The translations under genes were made by a program, and so were the position numbers. Below are positions 1-10,107 of a stretch of DNA of 64,000 bases, piece by piece. Below the pieces are notes generated by a model. It was not told the DNA's origin. It did not search any database and worked only from the letters and a program-made list of their open reading frames with translations. Positions within the stretch are counted from its first letter, which is position 1; every line of letters starts with the position of its first letter. Source of the DNA: Alphaproteobacteria bacterium (GTDB lineage: Bacteria > Pseudomonadota > Alphaproteobacteria > GCA-2731375); assembly GCA_965225945.1 (NCBI GenBank), contig CBDDBZ010000035.1:192001-256000 (forward strand), read 5' to 3'.

Positions 1-255
1 TACTACAACGACGTCGGCCGCAACTATTACGGCTCGCGCGCCGACAACAACCGTTGGAACGACGCCGGTCGGCGGATCAAGGACACGCGGCCGAAGAAGT
101 CCTACGGATCGCTTCGCAGCGCTCGGCGGCTCTCGACCTACGGCACGGCGGGCGGCATGAAGCAGCCGGCGGCGGTCAAGCGGACCTCGTCCAGAAGCTC
201 GCGCTCGCCATACGCCGCCAGCAGCCGCGGCCGGGGCAGCGGGCGCGGCAAGTAG
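1..255 (+). CDS. 3' end of hypothetical protein with Arg/Ser/Gly-rich tail (upstream member of the psp-type operon), 5'-truncated by window edge
   Basis: Open frame from base 1 (YYNDVGRNYYG...SSRGRGSGRGK) to TAG 253-255, directly upstream of the DUF350 gene. Confidence 0.65.
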   Translation, partial: YYNDVGRNYYGSRADNNRWNDAGRRIKDTRPKKSYGSLRSARRLSTYGTAGGMKQPAAVKRTSSRSSRSPYAASSRGRGSGRGK

Positions 256-284
256 GGCTTAAAGTCAGGGAAGGCAGGAAGGGA

Positions 285-1178
285 ATGGAATTCCAGTTCA
301 TCGACGGGCGGGCCGCCGGCATGCTGGCGATGGATTTCGTCATCATCTTCGTGGTGCTGCTTTCCATCCGGGCCTTGTTCGGCTTCATCTCCGGCGTCAA
401 CGCCACCAGCGAGCTGGCGAGCAAGGACAACTTCGCCTTCGGCATCTCGCTCACCGGGGCCACCGCGGGGGTCGCCATCATGCTGTCGGGCGTCGCCACC
501 GGCGGCATCGCCCGCTCCTTCGGCGAGGAGGCGGCGTTGATGGTCGTCTTCGCCGTGGTCGGCCTGGTGCTGATGTGGTTCACCCGCCTGATATTCGATC
601 GGGTGACGCTGCCGGGCATCTCGGTCAGGGACGAGATCGATCGCGGCAACACTGCCACGGCCATCGTCGATGCCGGCAACGTGGTCGCCACCGCGATCAT
701 GATCCGCGCCATCATCGTGTGGTCCGACGACGTCCTGACCACCGGCCTGATCGCCGTCTTCATCGGCTACATCGCCTCGCAGATCATCCTCACGCTCACC
801 GCCTTCTATCGGGTCCAGCTGTTCTCTCGGCGCAACAAGGGGGCCCAGTTCCAGGAGGCGATCCGCGACGGCAACGTGGCGCTGGCGTTGCGCTTCGCCG
901 GTTTCCAGGCCGGCATCGCCTTCGGCGTGACGGCGGCCTCCGGTCTGGCGGTCTACGACACGATCTCCAATCCCGTGCTGCAGGGGCTGGCCTGGAGCAT
1001 CGCCTCGCTGGTGCTCTCGGCGGTGCTGATCGGGCTCTCCATGATCGCCGAACGCTTCGTGCTGGCCGGGATCGACGTCTCGGAAGAGGTCGACCAGCAG
1101 CGCAACGTCGGCGTCGGCCTGGTCGAGGTTTCGGTTTACATCTCCATCGGCCTGCTGCTGAACGGACTCCTCGGGTGA
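285..1178 (+). CDS. DUF350 (YjfL-like) multi-pass membrane protein, two-repeat form
   Basis: ATG 285 after AAGGGA; repeated motifs ELASKDNFAFGIS, EIDRGNTATA, IRDGNVALA, EVDQQRNVGVG between TM helices. Confidence 0.8.
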   Translation: MEFQFIDGRAAGMLAMDFVIIFVVLLSIRALFGFISGVNATSELASKDNFAFGISLTGATAGVAIMLSGVATGGIARSFGEEAALMVVFAVVGLVLMWFTRLIFDRVTLPGISVRDEIDRGNTATAIVDAGNVVATAIMIRAIIVWSDDVLTTGLIAVFIGYIASQIILTLTAFYRVQLFSRRNKGAQFQEAIRDGNVALALRFAGFQAGIAFGVTAASGLAVYDTISNPVLQGLAWSIASLVLSAVLIGLSMIAERFVLAGIDVSEEVDQQRNVGVGLVEVSVYISIGLLLNGLLG

Positions 1179-1191
1179 GGGCGCGGCGGCG

Positions 1192-2952
1192 ATGTCGGGC
1201 CAGGCGATGGACAGCCCCGGACGCCGGCTCGGCGCCCGTCTCGGCCCGACCTTCGGCCACGACGCGGCGCTGATCCTCATCACCGGCGTGCTCGCCGGTT
1301 GCGGCCTGGTCTACGAATATCTCCTGGCGCACACGGCCGGTCGCATCCTCGGAGCGGTCGAGGCGGTGATCTTCGCCATGATCGGCCTGATGATCGTCTC
1401 GATGGGCGTCGGCTCCTTCCTCGCCCGCTATATCCGCGATCCCTTCACCGGCTTCGCCTGGCTGGAGGGCGGGCTGGCGCTGCTCGGCGGCGGCTCGGTG
1501 CTGATGATGGGCGCCATCACCGCAGCCGTCGTGGTGCTGCCCCGCACGCTCGCCGAGACCTATGGCCTGCCGCCGGATCTGGTGCCGCGGGGTGGCTTGG
1601 TGGAGACACTGGAAGGCGTGGCGAGCGTCGCGCCCTATGTTCTGGGGGCGATCCTCGGGATCATGGTCGGCATGGAGATCCCGCTGCTGGCGCGGATCCG
1701 CCAGATCTTGCATGGCCGTCACCTGACCCACAACACCGGCACGATCTACGGCGCCGATTACCTCGGCGCCGGGATCGGCGCCGCGCTCTGGGTCGCCTTC
1801 ATGCTGGCGATGGAGCCGGCCCGGGCGGCGGTGCTGACGGCCGCCGCCAACTTGGCGATCGGCGAGGTCTTCCTGGCCATCTACGCGCGGCGCGTGCGCC
1901 TGCTCTGGCTGGTATTGGCGCTGCACGGGCTGGTCGCCGTGGCCTTGGTGGTGGTGGCGATGCACGGCGTCGCGTGGTCGCGCCAGCTCGAGGACCTGCT
2001 CTACGAGGACCGGGTGGTGCACAGCGTCGATACCGGGCATCAGCGGCTGACGGTGACCGAGCGCCTGGTCGATCCCGCGCGGCCGCCGGTTCACAGCTTC
2101 TTTATCAACGGCCGCATACAATTCCAGAGCACCGACGAGCACATCTATCACGCCATGCTGACCTACCCCGCGATGGTCGCCGCCGCCCGGCGCGAAGCGG
2201 TGCTGATCGTCGGCGGCGGCGACGGCCTGGCGCTCCGCGACGTCTTGCGTTGGGGGCCGCGCGAGATCTTGCTGCTCGATCTCGACCCGCGCCTCGTCGC
2301 CTTCTTCACCGAGCCGCTGATCAGGAATGGCCGGGCGGTCAATGGCCCGCTGCTGGAGCTGAACGGCCGGGCCTTCGCCGACGCCAGAGTGGAGACCCGC
2401 TTCGGCGACGCCTTTCTCACCGTGGATCGCCTGATTCGCGAGGAACGGCGCTTCGACGTCATCCTGGTCGACCTGCCCGATCCCTCGAACGTCGATCTCA
2501 ACCGGCTCTACACGGTGAAGTTCTACGCCAAGCTGCGCCTGCTTCTGGCCGGAGACGGCGCCATGGCGGTGCAATCGACCTCGCCCTATCACGCCCGCAA
2601 GGCCTTTCTCTCGATCGGCAAGACGATCCGCCAGGCCGGCTTCGCCCATGTCGAGCAATATCGCCAGAACGTGCCGAGCTTCGGCGAATGGGGCTGGTCG
2701 ATCGCCGTCGCCAACGGCCGCCCGGCGAGCCGCCGAATCGCCGAGACGGCGCGCTTGCCCGTAGACGACGGCTGGACCACCAAGGCGGTGCTGCAAGGCG
2801 CCTTCGCCTTTCCCCGGAACTTTTTCGACGGGCTGGACGCGATCGAGGTCTCGCGCCTCGGCAACGCCGCCGCCTATCGCTATCACCAACAGGCCTGGGA
2901 GCGGGAGCAAGGGCTGCCGACGGACGGCCCGACGCCGCGCGGGGGGACTTGA
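1192..2952 (+). CDS. Membrane-anchored polyamine aminopropyltransferase (spermidine synthase-like)
   Basis: N-terminal TM bundle (GLVYEYLL...); LIVGGGDGLALRDVL dcSAM-binding loop; FDVILVDLPDP catalytic motif. Confidence 0.9.
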   Translation: MSGQAMDSPGRRLGARLGPTFGHDAALILITGVLAGCGLVYEYLLAHTAGRILGAVEAVIFAMIGLMIVSMGVGSFLARYIRDPFTGFAWLEGGLALLGGGSVLMMGAITAAVVVLPRTLAETYGLPPDLVPRGGLVETLEGVASVAPYVLGAILGIMVGMEIPLLARIRQILHGRHLTHNTGTIYGADYLGAGIGAALWVAFMLAMEPARAAVLTAAANLAIGEVFLAIYARRVRLLWLVLALHGLVAVALVVVAMHGVAWSRQLEDLLYEDRVVHSVDTGHQRLTVTERLVDPARPPVHSFFINGRIQFQSTDEHIYHAMLTYPAMVAAARREAVLIVGGGDGLALRDVLRWGPREILLLDLDPRLVAFFTEPLIRNGRAVNGPLLELNGRAFADARVETRFGDAFLTVDRLIREERRFDVILVDLPDPSNVDLNRLYTVKFYAKLRLLLAGDGAMAVQSTSPYHARKAFLSIGKTIRQAGFAHVEQYRQNVPSFGEWGWSIAVANGRPASRRIAETARLPVDDGWTTKAVLQGAFAFPRNFFDGLDAIEVSRLGNAAAYRYHQQAWEREQGLPTDGPTPRGGT

Positions 2953-3003
2953 CATGCCCGTCACGCTTCCCATATATGTGACATGTCACACGTGACCAGT
3001 CAC
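2948..3003 (+). promoter_or_regulatory. Putative sigma70 promoter with two tandem GTGAC-N2-GTCAC operators
   Basis: CTTGAC(A) 2948-2954, CATATAT 2971-2977; palindromes GTGACATGTCAC 2978-2989 and GTGACCAGTCAC 2992-3003. Confidence 0.6.
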
Positions 3004-3067
3004 ATAAGAAGGAGGTCCCGGCACCCCGTCGCCATGGGCGAGCGGGCAGGCCGGGGAGGACGCGACG

Positions 3068-3688
3068 ATGACCGAGGTTCGGGGCCGCAAGCCCGCTTTA
3101 AGCGTGGCGCAGCGCAAGCGCGTGCAGCGCACCCGGCTTCGGAATTCTGGCTTGGCGCCGGTCGAGGTGTGGATACCGAGACGGCATCGGCCGATTTTGC
3201 GGCGGCTCGAGGCCCTGCTTCGCCAGGACATCGTGCCCGAGTTGCCGCGCCCATATCACGTGACGGCTAGCGGGGAGAGAGTTATGGACCTCAAAATGCT
3301 GAGAGAATCGTTGAACGACCTGACCACCGAGGACGGTTTCCACCTCCAGGCGGAGATGGCCGACGACGGCGAGACCGTCGAAATCGTGGTCGAGGATCGC
3401 GAGGAGTTTCCGGTCGTGATCTCGACGGACGAAGAGCAGGTGCTCTGCCTGACCTATCTGTTCGACGAAAGCCAAGTCAAGGCGGACGGCCGCACCGAGA
3501 TGCTGGCGACGATGCTGGAGATGAACGTTCCTCTCCCGCTGTCGTCCTTCGGCAAGGTCGGCGGCCGCTACGTCATCTTCGGCGCGCTGGCCGCCAGTAG
3601 CACTGTCGCCGACGTGGTCACCGAAATCGAGGTTTTGAGCGACAACACCCTCGACGCCATCGAGGCCGTGAGCCCCTACCTCGCCTGA
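3068..3688 (+). CDS. YjfI/DUF2170-family protein with basic N-terminal putative DNA-binding extension
   Basis: C-terminal MLEMNVPLPLSSFGKVGGRYVIFGALAASS...LSDNTLDAIE typical of DUF2170; N-terminal QRKRVQRTRLRNSGLAPVEVWIP. Confidence 0.8.
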   Translation: MTEVRGRKPALSVAQRKRVQRTRLRNSGLAPVEVWIPRRHRPILRRLEALLRQDIVPELPRPYHVTASGERVMDLKMLRESLNDLTTEDGFHLQAEMADDGETVEIVVEDREEFPVVISTDEEQVLCLTYLFDESQVKADGRTEMLATMLEMNVPLPLSSFGKVGGRYVIFGALAASSTVADVVTEIEVLSDNTLDAIEAVSPYLA

Positions 3689-3715
3689 GAGACGAAGCAA
3701 CGAAAGGAGAGAACC

Positions 3716-4408
3716 ATGAGCATTCTTGCCAAACTCGTCACCGCCATGAAGGGCGCGGCCTCCGAGGCCGGCGAGGCCGTGGTCGACCATCAGGCGCTGC
3801 GTATTCTCGACCAGGAGATGCGGGACGCCGAGAAGCAGCTGGGCGAGGCGAAGTCGCACCTGACCCAGATTATGGCGCAGCGCCGCGGCGTGGGGCGCGA
3901 GGTCGACCGCTTGACCGGCGCCATATCGGAGCACGAGGGCTATGCCGCGACGGCGCTGGAGAAGGGCGACGAGACCCTCGCCGGCGAGGTCTGCGAGCGG
4001 ATCGCCGCCTACGAGGAAGAGCTTCAGGTGCAGCAGCAGGCGGCCGAGCAGCTCGACAAGGGCCTCGGCCAACTGAAGCAGAACATCAAGACCACCGAGC
4101 GCAATATCGCGGCCATGAAGCGCCAGGTGAACATGGTGAAGGCGACGGAGAAGGTGCAGAAGGCGAGCGCCGCCGCCTCCGCCCGCTTCTCCGGCACCGA
4201 TTCCTCGCTCGGCTCGGCCACCAATTCGCTGGAGCGGATCAAGAAGCGCCAGCAGGAGCGTTCGGACCGCATGGACGCCGCCGCCCAGCTCCACGAGGAG
4301 ACCGAGGGCGTCGATCTCGACAAGCGGCTGAAGGCGGCCGGGATCACCAAGTCCGGTGCCTCCGGGGCCGACGTCTTGGCTCGCCTCAAGGCCAAGTCGG
4401 GCGGCTGA
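3716..4408 (+). CDS. pspA: PspA/IM30 family protein
   Basis: AAAGGAGA RBS; amphipathic MSILAKLVTAMKG, long coiled coil, C-terminal ADVLARLK. Confidence 0.9.
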   Translation: MSILAKLVTAMKGAASEAGEAVVDHQALRILDQEMRDAEKQLGEAKSHLTQIMAQRRGVGREVDRLTGAISEHEGYAATALEKGDETLAGEVCERIAAYEEELQVQQQAAEQLDKGLGQLKQNIKTTERNIAAMKRQVNMVKATEKVQKASAAASARFSGTDSSLGSATNSLERIKKRQQERSDRMDAAAQLHEETEGVDLDKRLKAAGITKSGASGADVLARLKAKSGG

Positions 4409-4410
4409 TC

Positions 4411-5052
4411 GTGATCCTGCGCCGCCTCTTCGGTCGCGGCGGGGACGAGCCGCCCCCGCCGCCGATCGAGAACGCCTGGGATCTCCGCCAAGGGGATTTC
4501 CTCAAGCTGACGCTGGCCGCGCCCGAGGGACTCTCGGGCGCGGAGCTTCAGGTCCAGGCGGTACACGGGCTCGATTTCGGCGGCCCCTCCAAGACCCGCC
4601 GAGTGCTGCAACTCGAGGGCGGCAAGGCCGGCCCGACGCAGCTCTGGCGGGACGAACGCGATCGCCTGGCCATCGCCCGCGCCCTCGACCGCCCGGTGGT
4701 GGAGAGCCTCTTCGATCTCGACGTCTTCGCGAGCCTGTTCGATCCCGACGCGCCGGCCAACGTGGTCCTGGAACGGCTGGCGGAACCGGGCGAGCTCGCC
4801 GGCTGGACCGCGCCGCTCTACCGCCAGGAGGGCGCCGAGCAGGCCTGGTATCACCCCCAGGACCCGACGACGGCGAGCATCGAGGATCGCGTGACGTCCG
4901 ACGCCGAGGGGGTCGACCATTACCGCCTGGTGAGTGATGATCGCCGTTACGCCGTCGAGGTCCAGGTCTTCGACAGCGGTCGAACGGACGTGCTGGCGGT
5001 GGCGCTGTTGAGCGCGTCGTCGGTGGAGGAGCTCTGGCCCGCCGGCGGCTGA
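4411..5052 (+). CDS. YjfK/DUF2491-like protein
   Basis: GTG start 2 bp after pspA; MILRRLFG start; position matches yjfI-pspA-yjfK operons. Confidence 0.55.
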   Translation: MILRRLFGRGGDEPPPPPIENAWDLRQGDFLKLTLAAPEGLSGAELQVQAVHGLDFGGPSKTRRVLQLEGGKAGPTQLWRDERDRLAIARALDRPVVESLFDLDVFASLFDPDAPANVVLERLAEPGELAGWTAPLYRQEGAEQAWYHPQDPTTASIEDRVTSDAEGVDHYRLVSDDRRYAVEVQVFDSGRTDVLAVALLSASSVEELWPAGG

Positions 5053-5082
5053 GCCGGATCGAGAGGGGGGCAACGGCGGGAC

Positions 5083-6189
5083 ATGCTGCAGACGCTGGTT
5101 GGCCGCTTGCGCCGCCGCCGGCCGCGCTTCGCCAGTCGCGCGGAGGACGTCGGTCCGAAGGCGGTGACCGTGCTCTTCGCCTATCTCTTCATCATCATCG
5201 TCCTCCATATCGCGGCGATGATGCTGTTCGAGGGGCTGGGAATCGGCGATGCCGCCTGGCTCACCGCCACCTCCGTCACCACGGTCGGCTACGGCGACAT
5301 GTCGGCCGCCAGCGGCCCGGGGCGGTGGTCGACGGTATTGCTGGTCTACGTCGGCGGCATCTTCGTGCTGGCCAAGGGCGCGGGCGACTATTTCGACTAT
5401 CGCTCCGAGCGCCACCATCGCATGATCACCGGACGCTGGAGTTGGAACATGGCCGACCATCTGCTGTTGATCCATACGCCCCGACGGGGCGCCATACGCT
5501 ATTTCACCACTCTCGTCGGCCAACTTCGCGATACCGATTGGGGTGGCGACCGCGACGTCATCATCGTCACCGATCAATGGGCGGACGGCCTGCCGTCCGC
5601 GCTGCGGGGGCAAGGCGTCGTGCATGTCGACGGTCGGGCGGACGATCCGGAGGTGTTGCGGGCGGCATCGGCCGAGCAAGCGGCAGCGATCGTCGTGCTG
5701 GTCGCCGATCTGGAGGACTCGGCCGCCGACAGTGTCGCCTTCGATCTGGTGCACCGCCTGTCGGAGCTCGGGACCGAGGCGCCGATATTGGTCGAGTGTG
5801 TCGACGACGCCAATGGCGATCGCCTGCGCGAGGCCGGCGCCAGCTCCGTGCTGCGTCCCATGCGCGGCTATCCCGAAATGATGGTCCGCGCCCTGGTCGC
5901 CCCCGGCAGCACGGAGATCATCACCAACATCTTTACCACCGAGGGCGACACATGCGTGCGCTTCGAGTGCGACTTGCCCGGGGTGGCGTGGCGGCGCGTG
6001 GTCGAAACCTTGATGGAGGGGGGCTACGGCACCGCGATCGGCTATGCCGCGAGCGACGACGGCAAGGTCGTCGTAAATCCGGGGCCCGACGATTCCGTCC
6101 ATGCGCGCGGGATCTTCCTCATCGCCAAGGACGGTCGGGAGAGCATGACCGAAGCCCTGCGCGAGACGCTCGCCGGCCTGGCGGCCTGA
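5083..6189 (+). CDS. Two-TM potassium channel with RCK/TrkA-N domain
   Basis: TTVGYGD selectivity filter followed by Rossmann-like RCK domain. Confidence 0.9.
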   Translation: MLQTLVGRLRRRRPRFASRAEDVGPKAVTVLFAYLFIIIVLHIAAMMLFEGLGIGDAAWLTATSVTTVGYGDMSAASGPGRWSTVLLVYVGGIFVLAKGAGDYFDYRSERHHRMITGRWSWNMADHLLLIHTPRRGAIRYFTTLVGQLRDTDWGGDRDVIIVTDQWADGLPSALRGQGVVHVDGRADDPEVLRAASAEQAAAIVVLVADLEDSAADSVAFDLVHRLSELGTEAPILVECVDDANGDRLREAGASSVLRPMRGYPEMMVRALVAPGSTEIITNIFTTEGDTCVRFECDLPGVAWRRVVETLMEGGYGTAIGYAASDDGKVVVNPGPDDSVHARGIFLIAKDGRESMTEALRETLAGLAA

Positions 6190-6198
6190 AGCCGCGGC

Positions 6199-6768
6199 TC
6201 ACTCGAAGTCTTCGCCCGGCAGGGCGCCGTGGATGTGGGTGCGCTCCAGCCAGCCCTCGATATCGGCGATCTCCAGCCGGCACCAGGCGGCGCGGCAGGC
6301 GAGCAGGCGGCCGATCACGCCCGCCTCGGCGCGCAGCACCGCCGGCGCCTCGGCGCTGGGATGGCGCCTGAGCGTCCGCGTCGCGCCGATCACCACCGCG
6401 CGCCTGTGGCCGATCAACAGACTCCTGTGCACCCACCCCTCGGCCCCGTCCGAATCGCGGACCTTGCGCCAGTTCTCGTATTCCCGGGTGATCAGCACCG
6501 GCAGGCCCCGGCGGACGAAGACCCAGGCGATCGGATAGCGCACGCCGGGCCCGGTGCGCAGGTTGACCTTGTCGGAGGCGAGCGAGACGAAACGCGGCAG
6601 CGCCAGTCCGCTCGGCCCGATCCGTGTCGCCTCCTCGCTCGCACCGAGGGCGCCGGCGGTCGCGGCGGGCGCAAGAGGTTCCAGGAGAACGACGCCGAGC
6701 AGGCAAAGCCCCCAGGCCACGGCGCTGACACGGTGCCTGGAAGCTCCCGGTTTCGGTTCGCGAATCAT
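6199..6768 (-). CDS. Bacterial SH3 domain-containing exported protein
   Basis: Signal-like N-terminus; SGLALPRFVSL, VNLRTGPG, WRKVRDSDGAEGWV tandem SH3b repeats. Confidence 0.85.
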   Translation of the reverse strand: MIREPKPGASRHRVSAVAWGLCLLGVVLLEPLAPAATAGALGASEEATRIGPSGLALPRFVSLASDKVNLRTGPGVRYPIAWVFVRRGLPVLITREYENWRKVRDSDGAEGWVHRSLLIGHRRAVVIGATRTLRRHPSAEAPAVLRAEAGVIGRLLACRAAWCRLEIADIEGWLERTHIHGALPGEDFE

Positions 6769-6829
6769 CTCGAGCGACCTTATGCCAACGGGCGGAATCC
6801 GGGGTCAAGTCGTGGCGGTCGAATTTTCG

Positions 6830-7261
6830 TCAAACGAAGACGAGCCGCGCCGAATCCCCGGTTTCCAGCAATAGGGTGGCGAGGCCGCCCGCCTCGATCG
6901 GCACGTCGTCGCGCAGGTCGCCCGGCTCCAGCGCCATCGCCTTCAGCCCCGCCTCGCAGACCATCACGCGCACGCCGAGCTCGACGCAGGCTTCCAGCAG
7001 GGTCTCGAAATCGCCGATTCCGGCCGCGCGAAATTCGGCGTCGCGGGCTGCCGCATCGCCGTCGAGCGCGTGCCAGCCGGGGCCGCCCGCGCCGTCCGAG
7101 GTCGCCAGTGCCCGGGTCGCGCCCATGGTCACGAAGAGCGTCGCCGGGCGGCCGACCGCCTGGGCGGCGCTGGCCATGGCGAGGGCGTAGTGGACCCGCG
7201 CGAAGTCGCCGGAATGAACCACCAGGGCGAGGCCGCCCGCCCCTTCCGCCTCAGGCGCCAT
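6830..7261 (-). CDS. DsrE/DsrF-like family protein
   Basis: LALVVHSGDFARVHYALAMASAA...TLFVTM...VMVCEAGL. Confidence 0.75.
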   Translation of the reverse strand: MAPEAEGAGGLALVVHSGDFARVHYALAMASAAQAVGRPATLFVTMGATRALATSDGAGGPGWHALDGDAAARDAEFRAAGIGDFETLLEACVELGVRVMVCEAGLKAMALEPGDLRDDVPIEAGGLATLLLETGDSARLVFV

Positions 7262-7284
7262 CGCGGCCCCCCGTCCCCCTCGAT

Positions 7285-8079
7285 TCAGGCCGCATTGCGG
7301 CCTGGGGCGCGGATCGAGGGGCTCGCGCCGCAAAGCCGGCACTGGCTGTCGGGGCGGATGCGCACGGTGCGGAACAGCGTCGACAGCGCATCGTAGATCA
7401 GCAGCCGGCCCGACAGGCTGTCGCCGACCTCGAGCAGCTCCTTGATCACCTCCGTCGCCTGCAGGCCACCCATCACGCCCGCGACCGCGCCCAAGACGCC
7501 GCCTTCGGCGCAGGACGGCACCAGCTCGGCCGGCGGCGGCTCGGGAAAGACGCAGCGGTAGCAAGGATGGCCCGCGCCGAGATACGATTTGTAGGTCGAG
7601 AGCTGACCATCGAAGCGCAACACGGCGGCGGAGACCAGCGTCCTGGCCGCCAGATGGCAAGCGTCGTTCAGCAGGAAGCGGGTGTCGAAATTGTCGGAGC
7701 CGTCGGCGACGAGACCATAGCGGGCGATCAGTTCCATCACGTTCTCGGGCCCGAGGCGGACGGCATGGGGCACGATCCGGACGTCCGGGTTGATCCGGGC
7801 GACCGCGTCGATCGCGCTCTCGACCTTCGCCCGCCCGACATCACCGGTGCCGTGCAGGATCTGGCGCTGCAGGTTGGAGAGCGAGACCCGGTCGTCGTCG
7901 ACGACGCCGATGGTGCCGACGCCGGCCGCCGCCAGATAGGTGATCAAGGGCGAGCCGAGACCGCCGGCACCGACCACCAGAACGCGGCTCGCCAGCAGCC
8001 TCTCCTGGCCGACGCCGCCGACCTCGCGGAGGATGATGTGGCGGGCGTAACGCTCGATCTGGGCATCGTCCATGGTCAT
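7285..8079 (-). CDS. moeB: MoeB/ThiF family adenylyltransferase
   Basis: ERYARHI, GAGGLG, SNLQRQ, DGSDNF, CYRC and CxxC Zn motifs. Confidence 0.9.
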   Translation of the reverse strand: MTMDDAQIERYARHIILREVGGVGQERLLASRVLVVGAGGLGSPLITYLAAAGVGTIGVVDDDRVSLSNLQRQILHGTGDVGRAKVESAIDAVARINPDVRIVPHAVRLGPENVMELIARYGLVADGSDNFDTRFLLNDACHLAARTLVSAAVLRFDGQLSTYKSYLGAGHPCYRCVFPEPPPAELVPSCAEGGVLGAVAGVMGGLQATEVIKELLEVGDSLSGRLLIYDALSTLFRTVRIRPDSQCRLCGASPSIRAPGRNAA

Positions 8080-8231
8080 GGATCCAGCATATCGAAGCGC
8101 GCCCTTGAGAGGTAGCGCTCGGATATGGCTCTAGGCGAAGGAGGGGATGGTGGTGGCGATGCGGCCGGGTGCCGGGCCCGGCCGGCCGGCGATCTCCAGC
8201 CTCGCGGCGAGCGCCACCCTCGGCGAGGGCT

Positions 8232-8717
8232 TCAGCATGGCGCGTCCTCTCCGCTCCGCCCCGTCGAGCCGAAGCCACCGGCGCCACGGGCGCTCTCGTC
8301 CAGGTTCTCGCACGCCACGGGGCGAAGCCGGACGAGGGGCGCGATGACCATCTGGGCGATCCGCTCGCCGCGGCGAAGTGTGACCGGCGCCTCGCCCAGA
8401 TTGATCAGCAGGACGCCGATCTCGCCGCGATAATCGGCATCGATGGTGCCGGGACTGTTCAGTACCGTGAGCCCGGCGGCGCGCGCCAGGCCGGAGCGGG
8501 GGCGGATTTGCGCCTCATAGCCGGCCGGCAACGCGATCGCCAAGCCGGTCGGGACAATTCGCCGCTCGCCCGGCAGCAACACCACCTCGGCGTCGATCGC
8601 GGCGTGCAAGTCCAGTCCGGCGCTGCCCTCGGTTGCGTAGGCGGGCGGCGGCAAGCCCTCCCCGTGTGGCAGGCGGCGGAAGGGCAGCGCCGGGGGGGCC
8701 GTCGCCTGGCCGCTCAT
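8232..8717 (-). CDS. dut: dUTP diphosphatase
   Basis: [33 protein letters not shown]; ATGA overlap with coaBC. Confidence 0.95.
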   Translation of the reverse strand: MSGQATAPPALPFRRLPHGEGLPPPAYATEGSAGLDLHAAIDAEVVLLPGERRIVPTGLAIALPAGYEAQIRPRSGLARAAGLTVLNSPGTIDADYRGEIGVLLINLGEAPVTLRRGERIAQMVIAPLVRLRPVACENLDESARGAGGFGSTGRSGEDAPC

Positions 8718-9931
8718 AGGTTGTAGAAATATTCGGCGATACGCCGCGCGAGGCGCGAGGCCACGTCGTCCTTGGCCATCGTCGGCCAGGAATCGACATC
8801 GTGGCCAATCACCAGATGGACGGTGTTGCGATCGCCGCCCATGACGCCGGTCTCGCTCGAGACGTCGTTGGCCAGGATCCAGTTGCAGCCCTTGTGCTCC
8901 ATCTTTTTCCGCGCGTTGAGCGAGACGTTCTCGGTCTCCGCCGCGAAGCCGATGACCAGGCGCGGCCGATCGGAGGCCCGGTGGCAGAGTCCCCTCAGAA
9001 TGTCCGGGTTTTCCACCAGCTCGAGGGGCGGGACCACGCCGGTGCGACCCTTCTTGATCTTCTGCCCGGCCACCTCGGCCGCGCGCCAATCGGCCACCGC
9101 GGCGGCGCAGACCGCGACATCGACCGGCAGCGCCGCCTCGCACGCCGCTTGCATCTCGAGCGCCGATTCGACATGGGTGACCTTGATCCCTCGGGGGTCG
9201 GGAAGCGCCGTCGGTCCGCTCACCAACGAGACCTCGGCGCCGAGCAGATCCAGGGCGGCGGCGATCGCGTGGCCCTGGCGTCCGGAAGATCGGTTGGCGA
9301 TGTAGCGAACGGGGTCGATCGCCTCGAAGGTCGGACCGGAGGTGACCAGCGCGCGGCGCCCGGCGAGCGACTGGCCGCCGGCCGCGAGGATCCCGAAATA
9401 GCGCACGACGACCTGCAGGATCTCCGCCGGCTCCACCATCCGGCCCGGACCGGTTTCGCCACAGGCGAGATCGCCTTCGCCCGGGCCGATGATCCGCACA
9501 CCGTCGCCTCGCAGAATTTCGATGTTGCGCCGGGTCGCCGGGCGGTTCCACATCTCGACGTTCATCGCCGGCGCCACCATCACCGTCTTGTCGGTCGCGA
9601 GCAGCACGGTCGAGGCGAGGTCGTCGGCCCGGCCCTGGGCCATCTTGGCCACGATGTCGGCGGTCGCCGGCGCCACCACCACCAGGTCGGCCTCGCGCGA
9701 GAGCCGGATATGGCCCATCTCGCTCTCGTCGGTGAGCGAGAACAGTTCCTGGTAGACCTTGTCCTCGCTCAACGCCTGCAGCGACAAGGGAGTGACGAAG
9801 CGGGCGCCCGCCGGCGTCAGCACGCAGCGCACCAGGGCATCGCGCTCGCGAAGCCGTCGGACCAGCTCCAGGCACTTGTAGGCGGCGATCCCGCCCGCAA
9901 CGATCAACAGGATACGCTTGGCCTGCAGCAT
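8714..9931 (-). CDS. coaBC: Bifunctional phosphopantothenoylcysteine decarboxylase/synthetase
   Basis: [45 protein letters not shown]. Confidence 0.95.
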   Translation of the reverse strand: MLQAKRILLIVAGGIAAYKCLELVRRLRERDALVRCVLTPAGARFVTPLSLQALSEDKVYQELFSLTDESEMGHIRLSREADLVVVAPATADIVAKMAQGRADDLASTVLLATDKTVMVAPAMNVEMWNRPATRRNIEILRGDGVRIIGPGEGDLACGETGPGRMVEPAEILQVVVRYFGILAAGGQSLAGRRALVTSGPTFEAIDPVRYIANRSSGRQGHAIAAALDLLGAEVSLVSGPTALPDPRGIKVTHVESALEMQAACEAALPVDVAVCAAAVADWRAAEVAGQKIKKGRTGVVPPLELVENPDILRGLCHRASDRPRLVIGFAAETENVSLNARKKMEHKGCNWILANDVSSETGVMGGDRNTVHLVIGHDVDSWPTMAKDDVASRLARRIAEYFYNL

Positions 9932-10107
9932 GATCCCCGACCACTCCCCACGTCCCCCACGTCAGGGCGGGAGGTTAGGACCGCCGGCGGCTCGGTGCAA
10001 CACGATGTGACGGACGATGTGGCGCCGCAGACGGGTAGGCGCATCGCCACCCCTCGACTAGAATGCGCGCCCGCGCCACCCGAATTCACCATTCGAGGGA
10101 GACTGCC

